DNA of 64,000 nucleotides from Octopus sinensis (Eukaryota), in the NCBI RefSeq assembly GCF_006345805.1, contig NC_043007.1, positions 57,350,001 to 57,414,000 of the forward strand. Direction: 5' to 3'. Below the pieces are notes generated by a model. That model was not told the DNA's origin. It searched no databases and worked only from the letters and a program-made list of their open reading frames with translations. This document shows, one piece after another, positions 39,590 to 52,150 of this stretch. Position numbers and translations under genes: made by a program. The first letter of the stretch is position 1; the number at the start of each line of letters is the position of its first letter.

Positions 39590-40530
39590 TGTCCAGATGC
39601 GCATCTGCAACAGGAATTGGACGCAATATATAGTTGGGCTGAAGACAACAACTCGCAGTTTAGTGCAGGAAAATTCCAAGCCCTGCATTACTAGCACACA
39701 AAGCCGAACATCATGCAGACATGGTGCACTGGTCCGGGAGGGATTGCAATCCCCGAATGAAAATAAGTGCGTGACCTGGGCATTGACATGAGCGATGATA
39801 CATCTTTCCAGGTGCATATTACCAATTTGGTAATAAAATGCAGGTGCCTAGCTCGATGGATCTCCGAACTTTCAAAATGAGAGAAAAGGAGACTGTGATG
39901 GTACTTTAGAGGGCTTACGTCCTAAGCCGCGGGAACCACTGCTCCCAACTATGGTCAAAAAACAAAATAAAATTAACGGCGGAACTCGAAGCATTCCAAC
40001 AAAACTACACTAAGAAAATAGTCTCAATGCAACGTATCATCTATCGGGAAAGACTGAAAGAGTTAAAACTCTTCTCCTTAGAACGAAGGCAGAAAATATA
40101 TGCAGTTATATACATCTAGAAAATCCTGGAAGGCCTTGTACCAAACTTTGGCATTGAAACTTACGCAAATAGCAGAACGAGGCGCCACTGCATAGTGCCA
40201 AAATTCCTAGCATCTCCATCAAAATACAAGACCAGATACTGCAGCAGCTTTGGTTTAAGGGCCCATAGCTCTTCAATATGCTTTGAAAAAGGGCGAGAGA
40301 TCTGAATGGTGTAGATGTAGGTGTCTTCAAAACAAAAATTGGATCTCCTCGAGTTAAGGGCTCCAGATGAGCCTACCTCATGGCAGGAAACAAAGACGTG
40401 GGCAGCGGCATCAAACTCCTTCATTCACCAAATGCCACACCAGAGGAGGTTTCAAATAATGGTGTAGCACAGCAAACGGTGGTGCCCCAGCACGACCACA
40501 GCTGTAAAGCTGAAACACTTAAAAGATATT
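39590..40530 (+). mobile_element. 5'-truncated CR1-group LINE (RT C-terminus + 3' tail)
   Basis: LQQELDAIYSWAEDNN.QF..GKFQAL, VRDLGIDMSDD, CSQLWS, YRERLKELKLFSLERRQ, KILEGLVPNFGI, FKTKLD..PDEP, ASNS. Tail GGTGGTGCCCCAGCACGACCACAGCTGTAAAGCTGAAAC. Confidence 0.85.
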
Positions 40531-41187
40531 AAATATATCAAAGATATATATGTATATATATATATAAAATCTATATATATGTATAAATATAAGTATATAT
40601 ATAATCTATGCCTAAATATATATATATATATATATATATATGGAGAGAGAAGGAGTGTGTGAGAGAGAGGGCAGAGAGAGAATGGGAGGGTGAGAGACAA
40701 AAGGGGAGTGAGAAAAATAGAAGGAGGGAGAGTGTGAGTTATGTATTTATTATTAATTTCAATGTCGGCAATTGTTGATAATCTATTCCTTAGTTCTTTA
40801 CGCCATCTTTGGTTTATTTTTAGTCGACTTAAATGTTTTTTCTTCTATTTTCATTCCATTTCCATTGTTTTCTTTCACTTATTCTTTCTATTTTTCTCCT
40901 GATTATTTTGTTGTTGTCTTCATTTGTTTATTACTATTTATTATTGCCGATGCCATTGTGGTTTCTTATATTTTGTTTAATCTGATATCAAAGCTTTTGT
41001 TCTTCATTTGCAAAAATTAACTTTCCCTTTCATCCTTTTTTTAAAATTCTTTCTCTTTTACCTTGTTGTTTCATAGCTTTTTAATTTCCTCCATAGATAT
41101 GCATATATTTATATAAATAGATGCATACACATACATACAGGCACTCATACGTAAATGCATACATAAACACAATCATATACATGCATG

Positions 41188-41255
<68 letters not shown>

Positions 41256-41958
41256 TATTCATAAAAATAGGTAAGTTATATAAATGTATGTGTGTATGTC
41301 TCTATATGTGTGCGTGTATGTGTCTGTGTGTGTATACATATATATATACACACACATATACATGTGTGTATGTTAAATGTTTCATCAAAGAATCCACCGC
41401 TTTCTTTGTTGTTTGATTCCCACCTGGATTATTTCCTGGTATTTATTGAATCACAGCTGCAGCCACTCCCATCACTTGAATGAAAATATGTTTCAAAACT
41501 ACACCAACCGTGCAACAGGCCAGCCTGTCAGTCACTCAGTCAGTCAATTCATCAATCCATTTGAAAACAAAAAGTATACATATATATAATAATAAATAAA
41601 ACTATATGTAAATATTACGGGAAAATATTCTATTGTAAATATTTATGATATTTAAGAATTTTAACTGATATTTTTGTCCTTCCATTTCTGTCGTTGTTTG
41701 GATGTTTTTTTTATATCCCCTTCAGTGTTTCTCCTTCCCCAGATCTTTCTGTTAAGATCCCCTCCCCTTCTCATCTACATTTTCGTAGAATCGGTAGATA
41801 TTTGTGCAAAATATTTCAGCTATTTTCTTATGTCCCTCCGACTTCAGAGTTCGATTTCTACCTAGCTCCATTCTGATTTTCCCGATTCCGAGATTGATAA
41901 ATAAACAACATTCTGTAAGCAGCAGCCATTTCTAGCTCCTCTGATTGCACCTCATACA

Positions 41959-42580
41959 TCTTTACATATAAATTTGAGATGGGGTATTCTTTCGTGTCTT
42001 GAGATTGACGGTCGAACGGCTGGGTGGAATTGCGCAAAAACTTACAGATGTGTAGAATGACCCGGTGGTGATGCTGGGCTTTGTATTTTTCATAGCTCCC
42101 ATGATTACCGAGATAATCTACTATAATAATACTCTTGTGTTTATGAATCAGAAAGGAAAGGGTGATAGATGAATAAGGAAGGAAGGGGTGATGTCATACT
42201 TGGTAGTGGGATGATGAAAATTGTACGCTGAAAAAATAAATCAAACAAAATTTCAACTCTGTGTGAATATATATGCGTGTGCGTATGTAAAAGAAGGGTA
42301 TGTGAATATGTGCATGCGTGTGTATGTGCTTGTGTGCGTGTGTGTGTGTGTGTGCGTGCAATGGTTCATCTTTGTTCGCTTAGTATTTTGGTTTATTTTT
42401 TGATTTGGTTGAATCTTGTTTTTTTTATTGGTCAGTTATATTTAGCGTTTTGGCAGAAAAACGTCATTTCAAAATAGTTTTTTAACGTAAGTGCGCCCAA
42501 ACAAGTTGAATGCTTACACAGAGCAGGTTTTATATCCACATTATTCAAACCGACCGGATGAAACCGGGCTTAGCTGCTAG
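41959..42580 (+). mobile_element. Non-autonomous Helitron
   Basis: A|TCTTTACATATAAA 5' end; internal AACGGCTGGGTGGAATTG..AAACTT motif; 3' CCGG-atgaaa-CCGG hairpin + CTAG|T. Confidence 0.6.
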
Positions 42581-42758
42581 TGTGCATATACATGCAGATA
42601 AATATATATGTGTATATATATATATATAATATATATATATATCACCGTGATCGACCAGACCATCAGATGTTGTTACACATCGCTGGTCACAATGCCATCG
42701 CATTGTTTTAGCCTTCAAATGACGCCACCCCGCTGGCTAAGCGAGCAGTCCAATATAT

Positions 42759-42870
<112 letters not shown>

Positions 42871-42875
42871 ATGTA

Positions 42876-42995
<120 letters not shown>

Positions 42996-43151
42996 ATACA
43001 TATATATATATACACACACATAAATATATATAAATATAATATATAAAAATATATATAATGGAACAAATATGCAATAGAGGACAATAAAACGTCTGGACAC
43101 TAGACGATACAAAGGCAGACAAGAAATATATCTATATATTTATATATGTCA

Positions 43152-43212
<61 letters not shown>

Positions 43213-43795
43213 CATCATTCATTCAACCTACAACATACCTGAACTATCAATCCCAGTCATTCGGGATTCACAGTATTGATTTGTTCACCCTTTTGATTGT
43301 TCATCGATTGCTGGATACAAATGAGGCTTACGAGCCTTCCTTTCGGGTGATTTTCAAGAGTCGCCATCACACACTTGCACACTAATCCGTCACAAGGTTT
43401 CCCATTTACAACCGAATGGACTGAAGAAACGTAAAATAAAATATTTTGTCTCAAGAAAGCAACGCTCGACCGGACTGGGAATCAAAACCACGATTTCGCT
43501 ATCGGAAGTGCAATAGCCTGACCACCAGGTCATGTATTGGTATTGGCTATCCTTTTAGTTGTTTCAGTCATTTGACTGCGGCCATGCTGGAGCACTACCT
43601 TAAAGGGTGTTTTAGTCGAAGAAATCGGCCCCAGGATTTATTCTTTGTTAGCCTAGTACTTATTCTAGGGGTCAATTTTGCTAAACCGCTAGGTTACGGG
43701 GACGCAAACAAATCCAACATTGGTTGTCAAGCGATGGTGGGAACAAAGACTCAAAGACACACACACATAAATATATATGTATGTATATATATACA

Positions 43796-43836
<41 letters not shown>

Positions 43837-43843
43837 TATATAT

Positions 43844-43893
<50 letters not shown>

Positions 43894-43948
43894 ATATATA
43901 TATATATATGTATGTATATATACACACACGCACACAGAAACACACACA

Positions 43949-45227
43949 CAGTGCGCGGTGAATAGATTGTCGTCTAAATCACGCAAAAATGAAAATAACA
44001 CTGACATCTCATTTTGAAAGATATATTTATCAAAATTACATAAAAATATCTTGAAATACTAAAGAGTAAATTTTTTCAATAAAATCGCCATTAGCTTCAA
44101 CTAAGGCCTTCAGTCGATTTCGTAATCTGCAACTCTTCTGGACGATCTCCGTGTTTAAGGTGATGAATGCTGCCATAATGCTTGCCTTCGGCTCCTCTTT
44201 TGTGTTAGAAGGAGTTTTGTTGGTATCCCGCTCAACTGCACCCACACATAATAATCAAGGGTGTTGAAGTGTGGGGAGTTAGGTGGCCAGGTGTTAGGGG
44301 TGATGTGCTCACAGAAATCGTCTGACAGTCATGACTGGGTTCTCCTGCTTGTGTGGCATCGTGCAGAGTCCTGTTGCCAGTCATAGGGTCTTGCAACAAC
44401 TACCCTTTAGACCCAGGGAAGCACTACCTCCTCCAGACATCTGATGTAGGCCTCCGTGTTGAATCTGAGGCCGTGTGGCAAGTTGAATGGAGGCTTGACG
44501 TCGCCATCACTAGTGGTCACTCCAAACACCATGATATTGACTGGATGTTTGATGTTTATCATTCTCGGTACATGTTTTGGAAACTCGGCAAGCCAACGGT
44601 TGATCCTTGTGTTCACCATCTGATCCTGGCAGAAAATTTTCTCGTCTGAGAAAAACCAAAGCATGTTCTGTTGGAGGGGATGTTTGAGTTTGTTGAAAAG
44701 ATTTGTAATGCGGTCTTTCCTCTTGTCTTTGATATCTTGGGATAAAAATTAGCCCTTTCTCATCTTGTATGAGGAATACTGAATGTAGTCATACACTACC
44801 TGCCTGAAAAGAAACTCAGACATTCCCATGTCCCTGGTGATGGTCCTGATTGACTCGGAGGGACTGTTGTTAATCATGGCCAGGATCTCACCAACAAATT
44901 CAGGAGTTATTTTCTTATCAGAACGATCAGAGAGAGTTATCAGAGCTGCCGCGCCTTCGTAATCACCATTCTTTCCGAATCGTCAACACTGTCCTCCGAC
45001 TGACACCCAAACACTCTAAAATGTTCGCATTGGCGCTTCCAGCGTGAATGCCGAGCAGTATACCAAGTCGTTTCTGACAGAGTGAATTGCGTCATGGTGC
45101 TGTTTTTCTCCCAGACGGTACGCAGCTGACCCAACTATACTGTGTAGTCAACAAAATCGAAAACAAACATTGCACATGCGTGAAATTAAAATTAAAAATA
45201 TAATAGGGTGACAATTTACCCATCGCA
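43949..45227 (-). mobile_element. Near full-length, disrupted Tc1/mariner DD37D transposon (same family as 21910-22777)
   Basis: FFSDEKIF; WQQDSARCH...WPPNSPHFNTLDYYVW gives D-37-D spacing. TIRs match the 21910 copy. Confidence 0.88.
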
Positions 45228-45274
45228 TATATATATATATAACCAAGAAAAAAGTAACAAGAATGGATCAGTAG

Positions 45275-45361
45275 TTTAGTACAATTGTTTCATACTAAGA
45301 ACATTTTATTTAAAGCTGCAAATATTACAGCAAATATAATGTCAAGTATTCATCAGCTAAA
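45275..45361 (-). ncRNA. Intact canonical type I hammerhead ribozyme with extended stem II
   Basis: TTTAG-CTGATGA-ATACT-(long hairpin)-AGTAT-GAA-ACAATTGT-A-CTAAA. All core nucleotides canonical, stem I 5 bp, palindromic stem III, GUA triplet. Confidence 0.8.
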
Positions 45362-45768
45362 TCACATATATGTTTTCCCAACATCCTAGAGAGTGTAAAT
45401 ATCCTTATGAAGTATTAGGAATTTGAAGTAAGATTATAAGCAGATTTTATATGTTTTCCAACAATGCACAGTTTAAAAAAAAAGTTTTTAAAATGATTAT
45501 TAACTTCTCAGAGAAGGTAAATCCATCCATAAAGATGCAGATATAAATCCATTTTCTTGGTTATAATCACCCCACATAATTTTATGGTTAATACCATAAG
45601 GAATTCTGGTGCATCTTAGTTAAGTACCATATTCATTTGAATTCATTTGAATCTTAATTGTTTTGCTGAAATTATTCAAAATATATTCACATTCAAAATG
45701 TGACCGCGTGTGTACCGTTGGCGATTTTTTCCTCTGCCTTCCCTTCTTTGGATCTTTCCTTTTCCTAT

Positions 45769-45803
45769 GTTTCTGACGAAGAGCTCCGCTCGAAATGTTA
45801 AAC
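45769..45803 (+). ncRNA. Minimal type I hammerhead within a PLE pLTR-like repeat (45700-45905)
   Basis: GTTT-CTGACGA-A-GAGC tcc GCTC-GAAA-TG-TT-AAAC. CG>TG decay in stem III relative to the 36213 relative. Confidence 0.7.
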
Positions 45804-45922
45804 CCTACTTCTTTCCTTCTTTCCTGAGCGTTCAATAATATTATACTTGTTCCACGTCCTCGCCTTGTTGTGTTTTCTCTTTGTGTTTTCTTGTTTGGAT
45901 TAACTATATATATATATATATA

Positions 45923-47181
45923 CGAGGTGTGTAGGAAAAGTTTTAAGCCGAACCTAGAAACGGGGCTGCTAGGTAGCTGAAACAATTTTTTCTGGTAAGT
46001 ACAGTCTTTTCGGAGTATTGTTGCTCATTTTCATGATTCTGATATTTTATTTTTTTTTGTTACAGATTTTTGAATAAACAAATGTCGAGGTTACAAGGAA
46101 ATTGGAGAAAACTGAGTATCGTGCTGTCATAAAGTACCTTCATTTGAAAGGCATGACTCCATCAGAAATCCATGAAGATATGGTGAGAACCTTAACAGAC
46201 AATGCTCCTTCATATGCAACAGTCAAACTCTGGGTAAATGAATTCCAGCGTGGCAGGAGGCATCCAACTGCAACCAACGAGGACAACATTGACCTTGCTC
46301 TTGGTATGATAATGCAATATCATCGAATATCATGTCGCCAGATAGCTGAGAGACTGGGCATCTCAAATGAAAGAGGAGACAACATTGTGACAAAAGAACT
46401 TGGGTTCTCAAAGGTTTCTGCAAGGTGGGTCCCTCGCCTTTTGACTCCCGAATAGAAACGCACCAGGTGCACTTTGTCCACCAGCAAACTGGAACTGTTT
46501 GAAGCCGATGAAGAGAATTTTCTTGCTCGTTTTATTACTACGGACGAAAGTTGGGTTCATCACTACCAGCCTAAAACCAAAGAACAATCAAAGCAGTGGA
46601 AGCACACATCTTCTCCTGCCCCAAAGAAGTTCATTACTTTAGCTGACAAGGTCATGGCGTCAGTTTTTTTTTTTGGATTCTCAAGGTGTCTTGCTGATCG
46701 ATTACCTTGAAAAGGGTCACACCGTAACAGGACTGTATTATTCTCAGCTACTGTAATGCCTCCAGGAAGCAATCAAAGAAAAAGAGCCGGGAATGCTCAC
46801 CAGATGAGTCCTTTTTCATCACGACAATGCTCCAGCCCACACCTCCGTGGTTGCCATGGCAACAATTCGTGATTATGGATACGAACTTGTTCCCCATCTA
46901 CCTTATTCGCCAGACTTAGCCCCCTCTGACTTTCATATATTCCAAAAAATAAAAAAAGTCCTGGCTGGTTGCCATTTTGCCACTGACAATGATGTCATAG
47001 ACACTGTAGGAAGTTTCTTAGAGTCTCAAACAAAAGAGTTCCTCTACGCCGGGATAATGTCACTTCAGCACCGCAGGAGAAGGTGTTCAGTCATCAAAGG
47101 GGACTATGCTGAAAAATAAATCATCAGAAGTCTTGTACTATGTTGTTTTTTTTGAGGCTCAAGACTTTTCAGACACCCCTC

Positions 47182-47182
<1 letters not shown>
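45923..47182 (+). mobile_element. Full-length disrupted mariner (DD34D) transposon
   Basis: TA-flanked TIRs CGAGGTGTGTAGGAAAAGTTTTAAGCC / GGCTCAAGACTTTTCAGACACCCCTCG. Motifs WVPRLL, TTDESWV, HDNAPAH-34-YSPDLAPSD. Confidence 0.92.
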
Positions 47183-47216
<34 letters not shown>

Positions 47217-48007
47217 CACACGACAGGCTTCTTTCAGATTCCGTCTGCCAAATCCACTCACAAGGCTTTGGTCGGCCCAAGGCTATAGGGTTATAGTAGA
47301 AGGCTGAATCCGTAACCATGTGGTTGGGAAGCAAGTGTCTTACCACGCAGCTAGGCCTGCGCCTATGGTGTGTATATATTGCGTATAATGCCTAATATGG
47401 GTATGAGCGTGAAATATTGGGAATAGTTTTCAACTAGCAATAACCATGCTCCGGATACATGTCAGTGGCCATAGTACCGCCTCCGCGCAAAGCTATGGAA
47501 ATTGAAATTTCATATCTCAAAAAGTATCCTAGTAAGTCTGATCCTCATGTTTTGTATAATTATATTGTTAAATGATTATATAATAAATGATTAGTTCTGT
47601 GATTTATTGAAACGGCTGTTGAAAATGAATATTTGAAATATCAGCTGGTATTGTTTAACACAGTTGTGCATAAAGTGAAAATGAAATGCTGGCAGAAAAG
47701 AATAAGAAACGGAAAAAAGAGAAACATTGAAAAGATTAGCGTGGTAAGTGATGGAATAAGGTTTGAAAATGTGAGGTTCCATATCCATATCCAAAATATT
47801 TGGAAGTAAGGAATTTCGCTACCTTTAAACATCAAACAATAAAGAACATCTGAATTTACAAGTCTGTGGATTAATTTCGAATGATATAATGTAGTAATAT
47901 AGCATAATGCAAAATATTTTATGATGTGAAAGCACAGAGAACTCAATTGCCGACGTTTTGACAAACGTACAAATATATCAGAATTTTAATGTAAATTAAC
48001 ACGAATA

Positions 48008-48905
48008 TAAGCGTAGGCGTGGCCGTGTGGTAAGAAGTTTGCTTCTAAATCACATGGTTCCGGGTTCAATCACTGCGCGTGGCACCTTGGGCAAGTGTCT
48101 TCTACTATAGCCTCGGGCCGACCAAAGCCTTGTGAGTGGATTTGATAGACGGAAACTAAAAGAAGCCCGTCATATATATGTGCGTGTTTGTGTGTGTGTG
48201 TGTGTGTGTGCGTGAGTGAGTGTAAAAAAATTTACAAATGATAAAATATAATTTACAAAGTAAAAATTAGAGCGTATATTTTATCATTTGTAAATCTTTT
48301 TCTCCGTTGATTTCGTTTACATAACTTTTTGCATTTTGTCATTCATTCGCATTTGTTTACGTCCACTTTTAACAATAGTTTTTATTCGAATATATATTTT
48401 TCTTTGTCATTGTTTTCATTATTATATCATCACTATTATATATTGTAATTTTCATTCCTACATATTATTAATTTATCTGCATGTTTATAGGCATAAGTCA
48501 CGTTTGAATTTAGTTTTGTTAATTTTTAATTTTTAATCAACTAAATTATGGCTTGCACAGCAAGGTTCGGCGAATTTATTTGCCCATATGCATATTTGTC
48601 TGTTAATTACATTCGTAACTGTTAAAATATTAAAATATAGAAATTGGTATTGAATTATAATAAAGTTATTAAGAAGCCTGGCGATTGTGGTTGCGTTTAA
48701 GAAATGTTCCTGTAAAAGACTGCGTGTTTAAGGAACGTTAAACGCACCTCATGAAACATGTGTAGCAGAGAAATTTAGATATGATTAGTAAGTATTAAAA
48801 TAAAATTCTATTATATGGTGTGATGTATATTAGGATTTGATGTTTTGCATGGGGACTTCTATCTCTAAATAACATATAACACACACACACACACACGCAC
48901 GCGCG

Positions 48906-48992
<87 letters not shown>

Positions 48993-50495
48993 GTAGAGAT
49001 TGCATCAAAATGTTACCGAACTAATCCTATAGCGCGCCAACAGATGGCAGCACACATGCAAATGCGTGTTCAGTGAGAACGAACAGTGACCTTCATAAGA
49101 CACTGTGCCGAGTGACATCGCTGTGTTTACTTCACAAGTTGTGAAATTTGTGTTTTTATGATCATGTGTATTCTGTAGTCTCCGATCTTGTCATGGACAG
49201 GAAGTTGGAACAAAGAGCCAACGTAAAATATTGCGTTGAACTTGGGAAGATTGCTACAGAGACATGGAACATACTTCGGCAATCTTACGACGACGAGGCA
49301 ATGGATCGTACGCAATGTTTCGAGTGGCACGGTCGCTTCAAAAGCGCAAGAACATCCTTGAAAGACGATGAGCGACCTAGAAAACCTGCCACGAGTGACA
49401 CCATCGGAAAGTGGAGAAAATTCATGAACTTATGTGTGAGAATCATTGAAGGACAATCAATGACATTGCTGATGTTGTTGGTCTGTCGTATGGGTTCGTG
49501 TAGGCAATCTTAACGTCTCAGTTGAACATACGGCGTGTCATTGCGAAATTTGTCTCCCGCCAGGTGACAAATGAGCAGAAAGAACATCGCATCGAAGTCT
49601 GTAGAGGTCTTCATCAGCGTTCCGTTGATGACTCACCCTTCACGTCGAGGATCATCACCGGTGACGAGAGTTGGATCTAAAACAGCATTCGTCACAATGG
49701 AGGAGCCCTTCATCTCCACGACCGAAGAAGAGCCAAAGCTCAATCAAGTGCATGGTCATCGTTTTTTTCAACATCAATGGTATTGTGCATGGATAATTCC
49801 TCCCCCAGGGCCAGACCGTCAATCGAGAGTTCTACTGCGGCGTTTCGAAGTGTTTGAGGGAGGAGATTCGGCTAAAGCGACCGGGTCTGTGGAGCGCGAA
49901 GAATTGGATTCTTCACCACGACATTGCACCCTGTCACAGACCTCTCCTCATTCGTGAGTTTCTCACCAAAAACAACATGGTATCGCTTCCACACCCGCCC
50001 AATTCTTCCACACCTGCTAACTTCTATCTCTTCCCCAAGATTAAAATGCAGCTCAAAGGTTATCGTTTTAGCAATGTTGTCGAGATCCAGGACGAATTGC
50101 AGAAGGTCCTCAACTCTCTTACGGAAAACGACTTCCAAGCTGGATTCCAAAACTGGCAGGGGCACCAGGATCTGTGTATTGCTGCGCAAGGCGACTATTT
50201 TGAAAGAGATGATATGAAAGCTTAAGTATTTTTTTAAACATAACTAGTCCGGGAATTTTTTGATACCACTTCGTATATTTTAATATGTGTATGTCGTTGT
50301 GTCTGTGTTTTCTCCTTCCATCATTTGACAATCGGTCTTGGTGTGTTAATATCGCCGTAACTTAGCGGTTCAGAAAAAGTGACCGCTTAAAAAGTAAATC
50401 CTGAGATCGATTTGTTCGACTACACCCCTTCGAGTCGGTGCTCCATCATGGCTGTTGTCAAATGACTGAAACAAGTAAAAGGATAAAACAATAAA
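48008..50495 (+). mobile_element. SINE A head (48008-48210) and tail (50280-50495) separated by nested insertions
   Basis: Same-strand head and tail flank an AT-rich repeat and a mariner. Confidence 0.55.
48994..50273 (+). mobile_element. Full-length disrupted mariner transposon (second family)
   Basis: LEQRANVKYCVELGK.ATET, FEWHGRFK, ITGDESW, WILHHDIAPCH, QGDYFE. Diverged TIRs, 3' ACTAGTCCGGGAATTTTTTGATACCACTTCG|TA. Confidence 0.88.
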
Positions 50496-50820
50496 AGAAA
50501 TCTAATTGAATGTGTAAATGAATAAACATTCTTGGGCCCAAATGTTTCCCGTGGTCTTCAAATCTGTGAACGTGTCGAAAGACCAAATTATTTCGATGAA
50601 ATTGAAATTTCCACTCACACAAGTGTCTGATATTCTTCACGTATTTCTACAATTTTGTCCTTGAAATCACATGAAAAATCTAGACCCAAGAAAGTTCATT
50701 CATATAAACATTTACCTTTGTTGACAATTATATTATTCTCTACAAATCTACGATAAAGTTGTAGATTGGAAATTGTGTTTTTATATCATAAATTATTTTT
50801 ATTATTATATGTATGAAAGA

Positions 50821-51485
50821 AGGCGGCGAACTGGCAGAAACGTTAGCAAGCCGGGCGAAATGCTTAGCGGTATTTCGTCCGCAGCTACGTTCTGAGTTCA
50901 AATTCCGTCGAGGTCGACTTTGCCTTTCATCCTTTCGGGGTCGATTAAATAAGTACCAGTTACGCACTGGGGTCGATGTAATCGACTTAATCAGTTTGTC
51001 TGTCCTTGTTTTTCCCCTCTATGTTTAGCCCCTTGTGGGCAATAAAGAAATAAGAAACGTTAACACGCCAGGAGAAATACTTAGCGGTATTTCGTCTGTC
51101 TTTACGTTCTGAGTTCAAATTCCACCGAGGTCGACTTTGCTTTTCATCCTTTCGGGGTCGATAAATTAAGTGCTAATTTCGTACTTGGATCGATCTAATC
51201 GACTGGCCCCCTCTCCACAAAATTTCGGGCTTGTGCCTAGATTAGAAATGATTATCATATGTATGAAAGAAGGTGGTGAGCTGGCAGAATCGTTAGCACG
51301 CCGGGCAAAATGCTTTGCAATATTTCCTCCGTCGTTACGTTCTGGCTTCAAATTCCATCAGGATCGACTTTACTTTTCATAATTTCGGGGTCGATAAAAT
51401 AAGTACCAGTTAGCATTGGGGTCGATGTAATCGATGGTCTCCCTTCCCACAATTTCAGGTTTTATGCCTATAATACAAAATATTA
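50821..51485 (+). mobile_element. Three head-to-tail SINE B units
   Basis: Units at about 50821-51050, 51052-51250 and 51271-51485. 20-bp duplication ATTAT(T/C)ATATGTATGAAAGA at 50801-50820 and 51251-51270. Confidence 0.85.
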
Positions 51486-51509
51486 TTATAGGCATGATAT
51501 AGGTATTAT

Positions 51510-51817
51510 GGGTTTCTGGTTAGGGTATTTGGTTCACGATTGTAAGGTCGTAAGTTCGGTTCGCGTTGTGACCTTGAGCAAGACACTTTATTTGATATTA
51601 CTCCAGTCCATTCAGCTGGCAAAAATGCGTGGTACCTATAATTCAAAGGGCCAGCCTTCTCACATTCTGTGTCACACTGAATCTTCCTGAGAACTACGTT
51701 AAGGACACGCGTGTCTGTGAAGTGCTCAACCACTTGCACGTTAATTTCACGAGCAGACTGTTCCGTCGATCAAATCAACAGGAACCTTCGTCGTCATGAC
51801 CGACGGAGGGCCAGTAT
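51510..51817 (+). mobile_element. tRNA-derived SINE (shares the CTTGAGCAAGACACTTTA body with family C, different tail) with 13-bp TSD
   Basis: TSD ATATAGGTATTAT at 51497-51509 and 51818-51830. Confidence 0.8.
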
Positions 51818-51889
51818 ATATAGGTATTATAACTCTTGCATTTAATGAGAACATCTGTGTAAAATAATTTTACCAGAATATACCCACAT

Positions 51890-52150
51890 TCAAGAGAGGG
51901 ACTTTGAACTTGTCTTTCTCTTCATGAAAAGTGAGTGGTTCTTAGCCTTTATTGAGAGCGGAATTCCTTGGTATTCATGGCTGATAAAGTATGTAAATTT
52001 AAGTGTTAAGTAAGGTGTATATACATTATTCTTATACAACAGATCAATCCTGGAATGGACTGAGCAGTTGTCCGAAATATGGAGAATGTTGAAGACTTCC
52101 AATAGGTCTACTAAAGTGCATTGCGTGCTTCCGGCACACAAATACTTTAC
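51890..52150 (-). mobile_element. Very old CR1-like LINE relic
   Basis: LVDLLEVFNILH resembles CR1 RGDLIEVFKIL; the remainder is too decayed to call. Confidence 0.3.
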
